A DNA stretch of 64,000 nt from contig URIZ01000006.1 of assembly GCA_900548005.1 (NCBI GenBank), positions 7,816-71,815 on the forward strand. The letters are read 5' to 3'. Numbering within the stretch: the stretch's first letter is position 1; every line of letters starts with the position of its first letter. Below are positions 1-9,705 of the stretch, in pieces. The translations under genes were made by a program, and so were the position numbers. The notes beneath the pieces were generated by a model. That model searched no databases, was not told the origin of the DNA, and saw only the letters and a list, made by a program, of their open reading frames with translations. The stretch comes from an uncultured Eubacteriales bacterium (GTDB lineage Bacteria > Bacillota > Clostridia > Christensenellales > CAG-917).

Positions 1-448
1 CGTCGGTGAGGGCTGCGTTGAGCGAGCCGTAAGGCACGTTTGCAGCGGTGTATGCAACAGACCACACACAGTACATAACAAGCACGTATGCAAATCTGCC
101 CCAGTAGGAGAGTGCTCTGACGTCAAGGAACAAAAGCACCGTCGTAAGTGCGATTGCAAAGGCGCCACAGAAAATCCAAGGAATATATTTGCCACGTCTA
201 CCAGGCTTTCTTGCGTCAACCAACGCGCCGATGATGGGATCGTTGATTGCGTCAAAAATCTTTGAAACGATGACGATGATTGACCAATGTCCCATTGTAA
301 GTCCAAGACCTTGGGTGACAAACAACATCAAAAAACTGCTGATAAGTTGGAAACTCATGTTGCAACCGAAGTCGCCCATCATGTATCCAATCTTATCTCT
401 ATTGCCAAAAGGTCTATCAATGGGGGTATTGATTTTCTTCTTTTTCAT
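1..448 (-). CDS. GPH-family glycoside/glucuronide:cation symporter, N-terminal 149 codons (gene continues past the left edge)
   Basis: My reverse-strand translation from ATG at 446-448 reads MKKKKINTPIDRPFGNRDKIGYMMGDFGCNMSFQLISSFLMLFVTQGLG...SKIFDAINDPIIGALVDARKPGRRGKYIPW and stays open to position 1. The DKIGY-x-GDFG and DAxNDPxxG motifs are typical of MelB/GusB/UidB-type symporters. It is absent from the ORF track because no stop lies inside the window. It sits directly upstream of the GH2 gene. Confidence 0.75.
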   Translation of the reverse strand, partial: MKKKKINTPIDRPFGNRDKIGYMMGDFGCNMSFQLISSFLMLFVTQGLGLTMGHWSIIVIVSKIFDAINDPIIGALVDARKPGRRGKYIPWIFCGAFAIALTTVLLFLDVRALSYWGRFAYVLVMYCVWSVAYTAANVPYGSLNAALTD

Positions 449-466
449 AATATCTCCCTTCCTTGC

Positions 467-2731
467 TTATTTTTGGGGCTTCTTGATTTTGTTCAGCATT
501 TCGTTGACTTCAAAGAGCATGTCAGCTGTCACTTTGTCTCCTGCCAAGCCTGCGATACGTTCAATGGTCATACTGCTTGCAAGCTTCATCATACCCTTGC
601 TGATTTTCACTTCGCCTTTTGACTGGCTGTCAGGGCCTGACATCATGATTTTGACCACTCTGTCTATAAGACTATTGATGAGGGCTTCGCCTTCTTCGGT
701 TGCCATAATGTTACCAAGTTTGTCCTTGATTGAGAAATATCCTTCGGGGAACTTGAAGTCAAATTCGTTGTTTTTGTCAAACCAGTTGTCCACCTTTGCC
801 TCTGTCTTCAAGATATATCCTTGATAAGGCTTTCTCACGTACTTGATTGATGCTTCATCACTGACGTCACCGCTGACTGCCTTGATCTTGGTTGCACCGA
901 GAATCTTGAGAGGCACTTCAAAGGTGAAGATATACTTGCCTTCTTGAGTTGCAAATTCCTTGCCATTGACGTAGAGAGTCACCTTGTCGCAGTTGCTGTA
1001 CACCTTGACTGTGGTGGTCTTTTCTGCACGGTAGTAATATCTCTTTGAGGTGATGTGGACGAAAGGATCGGTGGTCCAGTATGCTTTGTAGATGTAGAAG
1101 CTGTCCTTCTTTATCTTTCTATCGTAAGTGACGAGGCCCTTGTTGTTGCGTCCTGCAACACCGCCTTCGTTTCTGCCGTCAACGCCGAAGTCAAACATAT
1201 TCCAAACGTGGGTTGCCCAGAGGTAAGGACGTTCTGCAAAAATGCGGAGGAGGTTTTCGTGATAATATGCTTGATATTCTTCACTGTAGTCACCTTGCTT
1301 GGGGTCTGAGTTGTGCCAAGTGAGAATTGCTTCACAGCCGTATTCGCTGATGCCGATTGTTCTGTCGGGGCGTGCTGCTCTAAAGTCGTCAAGCCATTCT
1401 GCGTTGCCGTTGACGTCGCCCATATACCAGCCGAAATAGTGGTTGTATGACATGATGTCGGGGAGGTCGATGATGGGAGAGTTTATGTCAAGCATTGTCA
1501 CGTTTGCCATGGTTGTGGGACGAGTTTTGTCCATATCGTGGCAAAGGTCGTTGAGTCTGTGGTGGAGTGCCATCATCTCTTCACTTTCACCGGTGATGGT
1601 GATTTCATTGCTCAGTCCCCAACAGAAGATTGATGCGTGGTTGTAGTTTTGTGTGATGAGTTCCTTCATTTGGCTCACTGCGTTTTCATCGCCGTTGGCA
1701 AGATGTGATGAAATGTAGGGGATTTCTGCCCAGACCACCATACCGTATTCGTCGCAGAGGTCATAGAAGTATTGGTCGTGTTGATAGTGTGCAAGACGGA
1801 TTGTGTTTGCGCCCAGTTCTTTGATGAGGTCGATGTCTTCCTTGTGTTCCTTTTCGGTGATTGCCCAACCCATATCTTGTCTGTCTTGGTGACGGGATAC
1901 GCCGTGGAGGGGATATTTTCTGCCGTTGAGCCAGAAGCCGTCTTTGTCTGCCTTCATTGTGCGGACACCAAAGCGGACAACTCTTTCATCGCTGTCGTTG
2001 TCTGTGGTGAGAGTGACTTTTGCTGTGTAGAGTGCAGGGTTTTCAACGCCGTCCCAAAGAATGGGATTTTCAAGGGTGTAGGTGAGGGTTGTTTTTGCAG
2101 TTGCAGGTGCTTCTGCCGTTGCCACCACTTCGCCATCAAAGAGGATGTCGCACTTTACTGTCCCGCCGTCGGTTGCACCGGTGATATAGCTGTTCACCGT
2201 GACTGTTGCACTGCCGTCTTCGTTGACGATGGGTGTCACTTTAACGCCTTCTCCGCCCAGATAGTCAAGGTCAAATCTCACTGCGGGTGCTTCGATGATA
2301 TACACGTTTCTGTAGATACCGCCAAAGAAAGTGAAGTCTGCCATTTGAGGATAGACTCTGTCGTTTGCGGAGTTGTCTGCGGACACGATGATTGTGTTTT
2401 CGCCGTCAACAAGTTGGTCGGTGATGTTGGCACGGAAGGTTGAAAAACCGCCTTCGTGATATGCAACGGACACGCCGTTGACAAACACTTCACTCATTGC
2501 GTTGACACCACGGAATTCAAGATAATACACCTTGTTTTCCTTTTTGGTGAGAGCGATTTTCTTTCTGTAGAAACACTTGCCACGGAAATAATCGTTTCCG
2601 CCGTCTTGACCGTCAAGGTTGTTCCAAGTGTGGGGCAAATTGACTTTGATGCTTTTAATTGCGTCCATTTCTTCAATGCTGTTGCAGTTTTTGAAGAAAC
2701 GCCATCCTGTGTTGATAAGTACTCTGCTCAT
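467..2731 (-). CDS. Glycoside hydrolase family 2, probable beta-glucuronidase
   Basis: 754-aa ORF with SD AAGGAGAG upstream. GH2 hallmarks are present: acid/base WGLSNE and nucleophile ISEYG. GRNNKGLVTYDRK aligns with the E. coli GUS GGNKKGIFTRDRK segment that holds the N-x-K glucuronate motif. The gene is embedded in a hexuronate operon. Confidence 0.8.
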   Translation of the reverse strand: MSRVLINTGWRFFKNCNSIEEMDAIKSIKVNLPHTWNNLDGQDGGNDYFRGKCFYRKKIALTKKENKVYYLEFRGVNAMSEVFVNGVSVAYHEGGFSTFRANITDQLVDGENTIIVSADNSANDRVYPQMADFTFFGGIYRNVYIIEAPAVRFDLDYLGGEGVKVTPIVNEDGSATVTVNSYITGATDGGTVKCDILFDGEVVATAEAPATAKTTLTYTLENPILWDGVENPALYTAKVTLTTDNDSDERVVRFGVRTMKADKDGFWLNGRKYPLHGVSRHQDRQDMGWAITEKEHKEDIDLIKELGANTIRLAHYQHDQYFYDLCDEYGMVVWAEIPYISSHLANGDENAVSQMKELITQNYNHASIFCWGLSNEITITGESEEMMALHHRLNDLCHDMDKTRPTTMANVTMLDINSPIIDLPDIMSYNHYFGWYMGDVNGNAEWLDDFRAARPDRTIGISEYGCEAILTWHNSDPKQGDYSEEYQAYYHENLLRIFAERPYLWATHVWNMFDFGVDGRNEGGVAGRNNKGLVTYDRKIKKDSFYIYKAYWTTDPFVHITSKRYYYRAEKTTTVKVYSNCDKVTLYVNGKEFATQEGKYIFTFEVPLKILGATKIKAVSGDVSDEASIKYVRKPYQGYILKTEAKVDNWFDKNNEFDFKFPEGYFSIKDKLGNIMATEEGEALINSLIDRVVKIMMSGPDSQSKGEVKISKGMMKLASSMTIERIAGLAGDKVTADMLFEVNEMLNKIKKPQK

Positions 2732-2753
2732 ATATTCTCTCCTTTATTATAAT

Positions 2754-3773
2754 CTATCTTTGCACTCTACCGCTTCCGCCGTTTTTGATGAGTGACTGTA
2801 CTTCCTTGACACCGACACGATTGAAGTCGCCTTCAATGGTGTGTTTCAGTGCGCTTGCTGCCACTGCAAATTCGAGCGCGTCTTGGTTGGTGTAGCCGTT
2901 GGTGAGGCCGTAGATGAGCCCTGCACCAAAGCTGTCACCACCACCGACTCTATCTACGATGTGCAGTGAATATTTGTTTGAGAAGTGCGCTACGCCGTCA
3001 GCGTAAAGCATTGCAGACCAATCGTTGTCGTTGGCTGAAAAACTTTCGCGGAGAGTGATTGCCACTTTCTTAAATCCGAATTTGTCAGTGAGTTTTTTGG
3101 CTACACCCACGTATCCCTCACGGCTCAATGCACCCTTTTCAATGTCGGTGCCGTCCGCTTCAATACCGAAGACGTCCTTTGCGTCTTCCTCATTGCAAAT
3201 GCACAGGTCAACGTAAGGCATAAGGCTTGTCATAACCTCTTTCGCCTTTTCTCTTGACCAAAGTTTTTTGCGGTAGTTAAGGTCACAACTGACGCTTAAT
3301 CCCTTTGCTTTTGCAACTTTAAGTGCGTTTAAGGTCACTTTGGCAAGTTCATCACTGATGGCGGGAGTGATGCCTGTGAAGTGGAACCAGTCTGCTCCGG
3401 TGAAGATTTTGTCCCAGTCAAAGTCGCTGTCGGTTGCTGTTGAAATTGATGAGTGCGCTCTGTCATAGATGACGTTTGAAGGACGGCAAGATGCACCCTT
3501 CTCCATATAATAGACCCCCATTCTTTCACCGCCACGTGCGATGAATTTTGTGTCAACGCCAAAGCCACGAAGCTCTCTGATGCAGGCTTCTGCGATTGCG
3601 TTTTCAGGGAGTTTTGTCACAAATGCGGCATCTCCGCCAAAGTTTGCAATGGACACTGCAACGTTTGCTTCACCGCCACCAAAAGTGCCGTTGAGGACAG
3701 GGGTTTGGAAAAGACGGTTGTAGCCCTCAGGGGCAAAACGCAACATAATTTCGCCAAACGTAATTACTCTCAT
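2754..3773 (-). CDS. kdgK: 2-dehydro-3-deoxygluconokinase (PfkB family)
   Basis: 339-aa ORF. N-terminus MRVITFGEIMLRF...GGGEANVAVS and C-terminal DRVGGGDSF motif are typical of KdgK. Its start overlaps the eda stop by ATGA. Confidence 0.9.
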   Translation of the reverse strand: MRVITFGEIMLRFAPEGYNRLFQTPVLNGTFGGGEANVAVSIANFGGDAAFVTKLPENAIAEACIRELRGFGVDTKFIARGGERMGVYYMEKGASCRPSNVIYDRAHSSISTATDSDFDWDKIFTGADWFHFTGITPAISDELAKVTLNALKVAKAKGLSVSCDLNYRKKLWSREKAKEVMTSLMPYVDLCICNEEDAKDVFGIEADGTDIEKGALSREGYVGVAKKLTDKFGFKKVAITLRESFSANDNDWSAMLYADGVAHFSNKYSLHIVDRVGGGDSFGAGLIYGLTNGYTNQDALEFAVAASALKHTIEGDFNRVGVKEVQSLIKNGGSGRVQR

Positions 3774-4387
3774 ATATACTCCTTTGCGATTTCCACCGCA
3801 CGTCTTGATGCGGTTTCGATGTCGCTTTCAGTTCCTTTCATCATCCAGCTTCCACCTGCGCCAATGACAAATTTTTGTCCAAGGAATTCGTGGAGATTGC
3901 TTTCACCAACACCGCCTGTAGGCACAAAGCGGACGTCAGGAAATGCTGCTGACAATGCTTTCATTGTTTTGATTCCGCCAAAGTCACTGGCAGGGAAAAA
4001 CTTGAGGACGTTGAGACCAACTGCCTTTGCCATCATAACCTCTGTGGGGGTGATGACGCCGGGGATATAGGGTACGTCACGGGAGATACACTCTTCTGCC
4101 ACTTCCTTTGAAAAGCCGGGGGACACAACAAACTTTGCCCCAATGTCAAGGGCCTTCACGCATTGTTCTCTATTGATGATTGTGCCAACGCCCACAAGCA
4201 TATCGGGGAAAGTCTTGACTGCCAGTGCAAGGCAATCGGGTGCACAAGATGTACGGAAAGTGATTTCCGCCACGTTGATGCCCCCACGCTTCAATGCGCT
4301 GAGTTTGGGGATTGTTTCGTCAATGCTGTTAAGCACCACAACGGGCACTACTTTGTTTGTGTTGAAAAATGAAAAGTCCATAGTCAC
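3770..4387 (-). CDS. eda: KDPG / 4-hydroxy-2-oxoglutarate aldolase
   Basis: 205-aa ORF with Eda-like pattern (VVPVVVL...RGGINVAEITFRT...GAKFVVSPG...VRFVPTGGV). It lies between the SDR gene and kdgK. Confidence 0.9.
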   Translation of the reverse strand: MTMDFSFFNTNKVVPVVVLNSIDETIPKLSALKRGGINVAEITFRTSCAPDCLALAVKTFPDMLVGVGTIINREQCVKALDIGAKFVVSPGFSKEVAEECISRDVPYIPGVITPTEVMMAKAVGLNVLKFFPASDFGGIKTMKALSAAFPDVRFVPTGGVGESNLHEFLGQKFVIGAGGSWMMKGTESDIETASRRAVEIAKEYI

Positions 4388-4389
4388 CT

Positions 4390-5232
4390 CTACACACCTG
4401 AATATGCGCTGAAACCGCCGTCAATGGGAAGGACTACACCAGTGATGAAACCTGCTGCTTCTTCACTCAAAAGGAAGAGAGTTGCGCCCACAAGTTCCTC
4501 AACTTCGCCAAATCTTTCCATAGGGGTTGCGTTCAGAATTTTCTTTGTTCTGGGAGTTGCGTTGCCCTCTGCGTCAAAGAGCAATGCTCTGTTTTGATTG
4601 GTCACAAAAAATCCCGGCGCAATTGCGTTGACACGGATGCCCACCTTTGCAAAGTGCACTGCAAGCCACTCTGTAAAGTTGCTGATGCCTGCCTTTGCCG
4701 CGCTGTATGCAGGGATTTTGGTGAGAGGTGTAAAGGCGTTCATTGATGAAATGTTCAGGACGGAACAGCCCTTTCTTCCAACCATACCTTTGCAGAAAAC
4801 TTGGGTGGGGAGGAAACTGCCGATGAAGTTCAGTTCAAAGACAAATCTTACCCCGCCTGCGTCAAGGTCAAAAAAGTCCTTGTCCACTTGTTTTTCAAAG
4901 GTGCAGTATTCATTGTCCGTGGTGGCACGAGGGTTATTTCCGCCTGCGCCGTTGATGAGGATGTCGGTGACACCCAAATCCTTTTCAATTTCTTCACGGA
5001 CGGCTTCAAGATTTTCCTTGTCAAGGACGTTTGTCTTGTATGCCTTTGCCACACCGCCTTCTGCGACTATTTCATTTGCCACAGCCTCTGCTGCTTCAAG
5101 ATTGAGGTCAAGGAGTGCAACCTTTGCGCCGTTTGATGCAAGGGCCTTTGCAAGGCATCCGCAGATGACTCCGCCTGCTCCTGTGATGACCACAACTTTA
5201 TTGTTCAAATTGATGCTGATAGGTGTTTTCAT
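4390..5232 (-). CDS. SDR-family oxidoreductase, probable D-mannonate/fructuronate oxidoreductase (YjmF/UxuB type)
   Basis: 280-aa ORF with Rossmann motif VVVITGAGGVICG and catalytic YSAAK. Its position between uxuA and eda fits the missing reductase step. Confidence 0.7.
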   Translation of the reverse strand: MKTPISINLNNKVVVITGAGGVICGCLAKALASNGAKVALLDLNLEAAEAVANEIVAEGGVAKAYKTNVLDKENLEAVREEIEKDLGVTDILINGAGGNNPRATTDNEYCTFEKQVDKDFFDLDAGGVRFVFELNFIGSFLPTQVFCKGMVGRKGCSVLNISSMNAFTPLTKIPAYSAAKAGISNFTEWLAVHFAKVGIRVNAIAPGFFVTNQNRALLFDAEGNATPRTKKILNATPMERFGEVEELVGATLFLLSEEAAGFITGVVLPIDGGFSAYSGV

Positions 5233-5266
5233 AATTATCCTTTTCCTTTTAGGGTTTTGTTTCGAT

Positions 5267-6319
5267 TTATTTTGACTGCTTGTTGAATCTGTTGAGGGTT
5301 TCCCATACGCCGTTGATATAACTTGCGCCCAGTGCTCTATCGTAAAGACCGTATCCGGGCTTGCCTTCTTCCCCCCAAATCATTCTGCCGTGGTCGGGGC
5401 GGAGATAGCCGTCAAAGTTGTTGTCATAGAGGGCTTTCATAATGCCGAGGATGTCAAGCGTGCCTGCGGATTGGTCGTGAGCACACTCCTCAAATCCATT
5501 GTCGAAGACACGGATATTTCTCACGTGCATAAAGTGGATTCTGCCCATCTTTGCGTACTTGTCGACCATTGCAACAAGGTCGTTGTTTTTATCTGCACCC
5601 AGTGAGCCCGTGCAGAAAGTGAGACCGTTATTGGGGCTGTCAACAAGGGAGAGGAATCTGTCGATATTCTTCTCGTTGGTGATGATACGAGGCAGGCCAA
5701 AGATATCCCACGGTGGATCATCGGGGTGGATTGCCATGTTGATGCCACACTCCTCTGCAACGGGGATTATGCGTTCAAGGAAGTAGCCAAGGTTTTCCCA
5801 CAACTTTTCACTATCCACGGCTTTATATTGCTCAAACAGACGTTTTAAGTCCTCTTTTTGATAACTTGCGTCCCAACCGGGCAAGTTCATATCATCAACC
5901 AAAGGGTCCTTGCCGTCGAGTTGTTCGCCGTAGTATACAAGGCTTGTTGAGCCGTCTTCTGCCAACTTGTCCAGTTGTGTTCTTGTCCAGTCAAAGACGG
6001 GCATGAAGTTGTAGCAAATGCACTTGACACCCACTTCACCAAGACGACGAATATTCTCGCAGTAGTTGGCGATATACTTGTCTCTTGTGGGGAGGCCAAG
6101 TTTGATGTCTTCGTGGACGGGAACGGACTCGATGACTTCTGCTTTAAGTCCGTGAGCCTCTGCTTCTCTCACAAGAGTTGCAATGCTTTCTCTGGGCCAC
6201 ACTTCGCCTACGGGCACGTCGTAGACTGCTGTCACAACACTGTACATATTGGGGATTTGTCTTATGTAGTCAAGGGGGATTCTGTCACCAAGACCATACC
6301 ATCTAAAAGTCAGTTTCAT
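5267..6319 (-). CDS. uxuA: Mannonate dehydratase
   Basis: The track ORF extends to 6352. I place the start at ATG 6317-6319 (MKLTFRWYG..., the canonical UxuA N-terminus), which has GGAG 7 nt upstream and abuts the uxaC stop. Confidence 0.9.
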   Translation of the reverse strand: MKLTFRWYGLGDRIPLDYIRQIPNMYSVVTAVYDVPVGEVWPRESIATLVREAEAHGLKAEVIESVPVHEDIKLGLPTRDKYIANYCENIRRLGEVGVKCICYNFMPVFDWTRTQLDKLAEDGSTSLVYYGEQLDGKDPLVDDMNLPGWDASYQKEDLKRLFEQYKAVDSEKLWENLGYFLERIIPVAEECGINMAIHPDDPPWDIFGLPRIITNEKNIDRFLSLVDSPNNGLTFCTGSLGADKNNDLVAMVDKYAKMGRIHFMHVRNIRVFDNGFEECAHDQSAGTLDILGIMKALYDNNFDGYLRPDHGRMIWGEEGKPGYGLYDRALGASYINGVWETLNRFNKQSK

Positions 6320-6320
6320 A

Positions 6321-7706
6321 TCAAACTCCAAAATATTTTTTTGCATTGTCAATGCAAACGTTTTTCACAAGATTTTCAAGGGTTTCCTTGTCGTCGGGAT
6401 ATTCACCGCTTTCAACCCACTCACCAACAAGTGAGCAGAATATTCTGCGGAAATAGTCGTGTCGAGCGTATGAGGTGAAGCTTCTGCTGTCTGTGAGCAT
6501 ACCGTTGAAAAGACCAAGCCCGCCTGTTGAAGCCAGCACCCTCATCTGCTCTTTTATGCCGTCACGATGGTCCATAAACCACCAAGCTGCACCCAGTTGA
6601 ATCTTGCCTCTTTCTCCTCCTTGGAAGTCCCCGATGAGGGTGGCAAGAGGATAATAGGCGGTGGGATTCAGAGTGTAGATTATTGTCTTAGGAAGGCCTC
6701 CGTTTTGCTCAACGTAGTCAAGGAAATCCCTTGCATTGTTGACGTTGAGGACGTTTGCCACACTGTCACCGCCCACGTCAACGCCACATCTGTCAAAAAG
6801 GGCTGTGTTGCAGTTGCGGATGACACCTACGTGCAGTTGCATCACCATGCCTCTGTCACGAAGCATCTTTGCAATGTGTGCCATAAGGGTAAACTGGAAT
6901 TCCGCCTTGTCTTCATCATCAATGAATTTTTCATCAAGTCTATCTTTAATGATGTCGTCGCATTTACTGACGTCTCCGTATCCAAAGGGGAAATCTTCCA
7001 TGCCGATGTCCACTGCGGTTGCGCCGTTTGCCACAAAGAAATCAAGGCGTCTTTCAACTGCTTCAAGAAGTTCATTGAATCCTTTGATTTCAACCCCTGC
7101 CACTTCACCCAGTTTCTTGACGTAGTCTGCATAGTCAGGCTTGTCGATGTTGATGAGACGGTCTGCTCTAAAACAAGGAAGCACCTTGAAGGGGTTGTCT
7201 TCACCTGCAATTGCTCTATGGGCGGAAAGGTCGTCAACGGGGTCGTCTGTGGTGACAACTGCACAAACGTTTGAACGTTCAATCAGTTTCTTTGCAGAAA
7301 AACTGCCGTCAGCCATCTTTTCAAGGGTGCGAGTCCAAATCTCCTCTGCGTTTTTAGGGCAAATAGGGAGAGTGAGGTCAAAATACTTTTTCAGTTCAAG
7401 GTGTGCCCAGTGATAGACAGGGTTGCCGATGAAGTGAGGCAAAGCCTCAGCAAAGCGGAAAAACTTCTCTTTGTCGTCGCCGTCACCGGTGATGAACTTC
7501 TCGTCAACGCCGTATGCTCTCATAATGCGCCACTTGTAGTGGTCGCCGTTGAGCCACAATTCCGTCAAATTTGAAAAAACCTTGTCGCCAAGGATATCTT
7601 GGGGAGCAAGGTGGCAGTGATAATCAAAAATAGGCAGGGACTTTGCGTATTCGTAAAGTTCCACTGCTTTGTCGTTTTCAAGAAAAACTTTATTGTCAAA
7701 AAACAT
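6321..7706 (-). CDS. uxaC: Glucuronate (uronate) isomerase
   Basis: 461-aa ORF. N-terminal FLENDKAVELY...LPIFDYHCHL is characteristic of UxaC. Confidence 0.93.
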   Translation of the reverse strand: MFFDNKVFLENDKAVELYEYAKSLPIFDYHCHLAPQDILGDKVFSNLTELWLNGDHYKWRIMRAYGVDEKFITGDGDDKEKFFRFAEALPHFIGNPVYHWAHLELKKYFDLTLPICPKNAEEIWTRTLEKMADGSFSAKKLIERSNVCAVVTTDDPVDDLSAHRAIAGEDNPFKVLPCFRADRLINIDKPDYADYVKKLGEVAGVEIKGFNELLEAVERRLDFFVANGATAVDIGMEDFPFGYGDVSKCDDIIKDRLDEKFIDDEDKAEFQFTLMAHIAKMLRDRGMVMQLHVGVIRNCNTALFDRCGVDVGGDSVANVLNVNNARDFLDYVEQNGGLPKTIIYTLNPTAYYPLATLIGDFQGGERGKIQLGAAWWFMDHRDGIKEQMRVLASTGGLGLFNGMLTDSRSFTSYARHDYFRRIFCSLVGEWVESGEYPDDKETLENLVKNVCIDNAKKYFGV

Positions 7707-7892
7707 TTTTTTCTTCCTTTTTTAGGTTGCGTCTTTTGCAGCGTTGTTGTCGTTTTGCAACCACAACGGCGTATGCATGGATGAGATAATATTCACTTTA
7801 TAGTTGTATTATACTACTGCATTTTTTGTCAGTAAATTGACAAAATTGCGAAATAACTTGCAAATCTTGCTGTATTGGATTAAAATTGAATT

Positions 7893-8756
7893 ATGAGAGA
7901 AAATATCACCACAAAATGGCAATCTTCACAGCTTATGTCAAAGAAAGATTTCGAAGTAAATCTTTACCGTGATAAGTATTTCAAAACCGTTGAGATGCAC
8001 TCCCACGATTTTTATGAGGTATACTGCTTCATCGGGGGGGCAGTTGATTATATCGTTGAGGACGGCCTATATCGTTTGCAAGCGGGGGACGTTTTGCTCA
8101 TCCCCCCAAACTATCTGCACCAACCCAACGTCAAGGACGGAAGCAAGTCCTATGACCGCATCGTGCTGTGGATAAATCCTGCCTACGTCAAGCGTCTTTC
8201 CTCCCCCTCAACCGACCTTGCCACCTGCTTTCAAAAGGCAAAGGAAAAGGGTGCTTATCTTGTGAGAAACTCCGCTCTTTCTGACAAACTTGTGACCGAG
8301 CTTATTGCAGTCATCGAAAATGAAAACTCCAACTCTTTTGGCGCGGACTTGACTGCAGAAAATCACGTCATCACCGCCCTCACCCTTTTAGGTGCTCATT
8401 ATCTTAAAAACAGGCAAGCAAAACAGGCGGAACAATCCGAGATTATATCCCGTGCAATCGAGTATATTTCCGAGCATCTAACTGAGCCAATCACCCTTGA
8501 CGACATATCAAACGCACTGTATACCAACAAGTATTATTTTGCCCACCTTTTCAAGGAAGAAACCGGCGTTTCACCCCACAATTATATCCTGAAAAAACGC
8601 CTGCTTATGTCCAAGGAATTGATTGAGCAAGGTCTGTCCATAACTGACGTTTACGTGCGCTGTGGATTCTCTGACTACACCCACTTTTTCCGCGCCTTCA
8701 AAAAGGAATTTGACCTGACTCCAAAGCAATATTTCCACCTTATGAAAGCCATCTAA
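7893..8756 (+). CDS. AraC-family transcriptional regulator (cupin sensor + AraC HTH)
   Basis: 287-aa ORF, divergent from the uronate operon. The N-terminal cupin-like part (HSHDFYEVYCF) is followed by a C-terminal AraC-type double HTH (YYFAHLFKEETGVSPHNYILKKRL...GFSDYTHFFRAFKKEF). Confidence 0.88.
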   Translation: MRENITTKWQSSQLMSKKDFEVNLYRDKYFKTVEMHSHDFYEVYCFIGGAVDYIVEDGLYRLQAGDVLLIPPNYLHQPNVKDGSKSYDRIVLWINPAYVKRLSSPSTDLATCFQKAKEKGAYLVRNSALSDKLVTELIAVIENENSNSFGADLTAENHVITALTLLGAHYLKNRQAKQAEQSEIISRAIEYISEHLTEPITLDDISNALYTNKYYFAHLFKEETGVSPHNYILKKRLLMSKELIEQGLSITDVYVRCGFSDYTHFFRAFKKEFDLTPKQYFHLMKAI

Positions 8757-8842
8757 AACCTTATAATAAACTATTTGGTTGATCAAATAATACTATATAA
8801 TGACAGAATCGAGATACGATTTACAAGCCCGATAACAAAGAG

Positions 8843-8867
8843 TCCTGACGATTGTCAGGGCTTTTTA
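8843..8867 (+). terminator. Candidate rho-independent terminator after the AraC gene
   Basis: CCTGAC-GATT-GTCAGG hairpin followed by GCTTTTTATTA. Confidence 0.45.
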
Positions 8868-8972
8868 TTATACTCAAATTCAACGACTATTTCTTGTTAC
8901 GACAAAATTACAGGCATATTTGTCGACGAGCCTTTTTATTGCATCGTGAAACTTTAATTCCCCCAAAATAGC

Positions 8973-9012
8973 AAAAAAAAAGAATACAAGTTGAGGGGTT
9001 CAACTTGTATTC
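8973..9012 (-). terminator. Strong rho-independent terminator (minus strand)
   Basis: 13-bp perfect stem GAATACAAGTTGA/TCAACTTGTATTC with loop GGGGT (8982-9012). On the minus strand it is followed by a run of nine U (A9 at 8973-8981 on the plus strand). Confidence 0.6.
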
Positions 9013-9126
9013 TGACCGGTGGAAAGGATTTGAACTAATCCGCACCGTAAGGAGTGGTTGGTGTTTTTTCAAGGTTGAAACGCAGTTTGTGTCGGCGGTT
9101 TATAACGTAAAGTATCTCAAAATGGA

Positions 9127-9705
9127 TTGTTTGGTCTAGGATTGCAAGATAAAATCCCTAACTTGCAAGAACGTATCGACCATATCTTCCACAAGCAACT
9201 TTTCGGCATTGCAATCACGGAACTAACAAGTCTGTTATCCCGCCGTAGCCTGTATTGCTCAAAATATCCAAACGGCGAATACTCGATTTCTCATTTCGAC
9301 ACCGCCGAAGGCAATACCCGTTTTCGCAAAGTAAACCACGTTTTTGTCGGCGGCAAGTGCAAATATTGCGGTGCGTCAGAAGCCCAATGGAAACGAGAAG
9401 AAGGCAAAGAAACTCACGCATATGAATTTATACACACAGAAAACCCGGAGAAAATATTCAATATGAAATTTGACGTAATTATATCTAATCCACCTTATCA
9501 ATTATCAACATCGGAAATAGAAGGAAAAGCAAATGCAATACCTATCTATCAGTTGTTTGTAAACATGTCAAAAAAACTTTCACCAAATTATTTTACAATG
9601 ATTATTCCTTCACGATGGATGACTGGTGGAACTCGTGCATTGGATGAGTTTAGAGATATGATGATTAAAGATCAAAGAGTTTCTGTATTTATAGACATTT
9701 GTTGA
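9127..9705 (+). pseudogene. Fragment of an N6-adenine DNA methyltransferase (Eco57I/TaqI-like, NPPY class)
   Basis: 192-aa ORF with motif IV DVIISNPPYQ and downstream IIPSRWMTGG..LDEFR. There is no SAM-binding motif I, and stops lie just upstream in frame. The only start is TTG. The ORF ends in three consecutive in-frame stops, TGA-TAG-TAA (9703-9711). Confidence 0.6.

Noticed and set aside
8775-8957. 60-aa ORF whose IILYNDRIEIRF segment resembles the C-terminal (DUF4368-like) part of large serine recombinases. It could be a recombinase remnant.
   Set aside because: The evidence is only a 12-residue resemblance from memory. The ORF reads straight through a hairpin plus T-run that is more simply the AraC gene terminator. 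It is not supportable without a database search, so it is mentioned only as a caveat in the mobile-remnant finding.
9013-9040. GGTGGAAAGGATTTGAAC looks like a third, degenerate copy of a tRNA 3' end (reverse complement GTTCAAATCCTTTCCACC). It could mark the distal att site of the AT-rich remnant.
   Set aside because: It matches the tRNA-Ala repeat only loosely, needing 5 nt of gaps, and has TTCAAAT rather than TTCGAAT. It has no CCA and no complementary T-stem. This is too weak to call.
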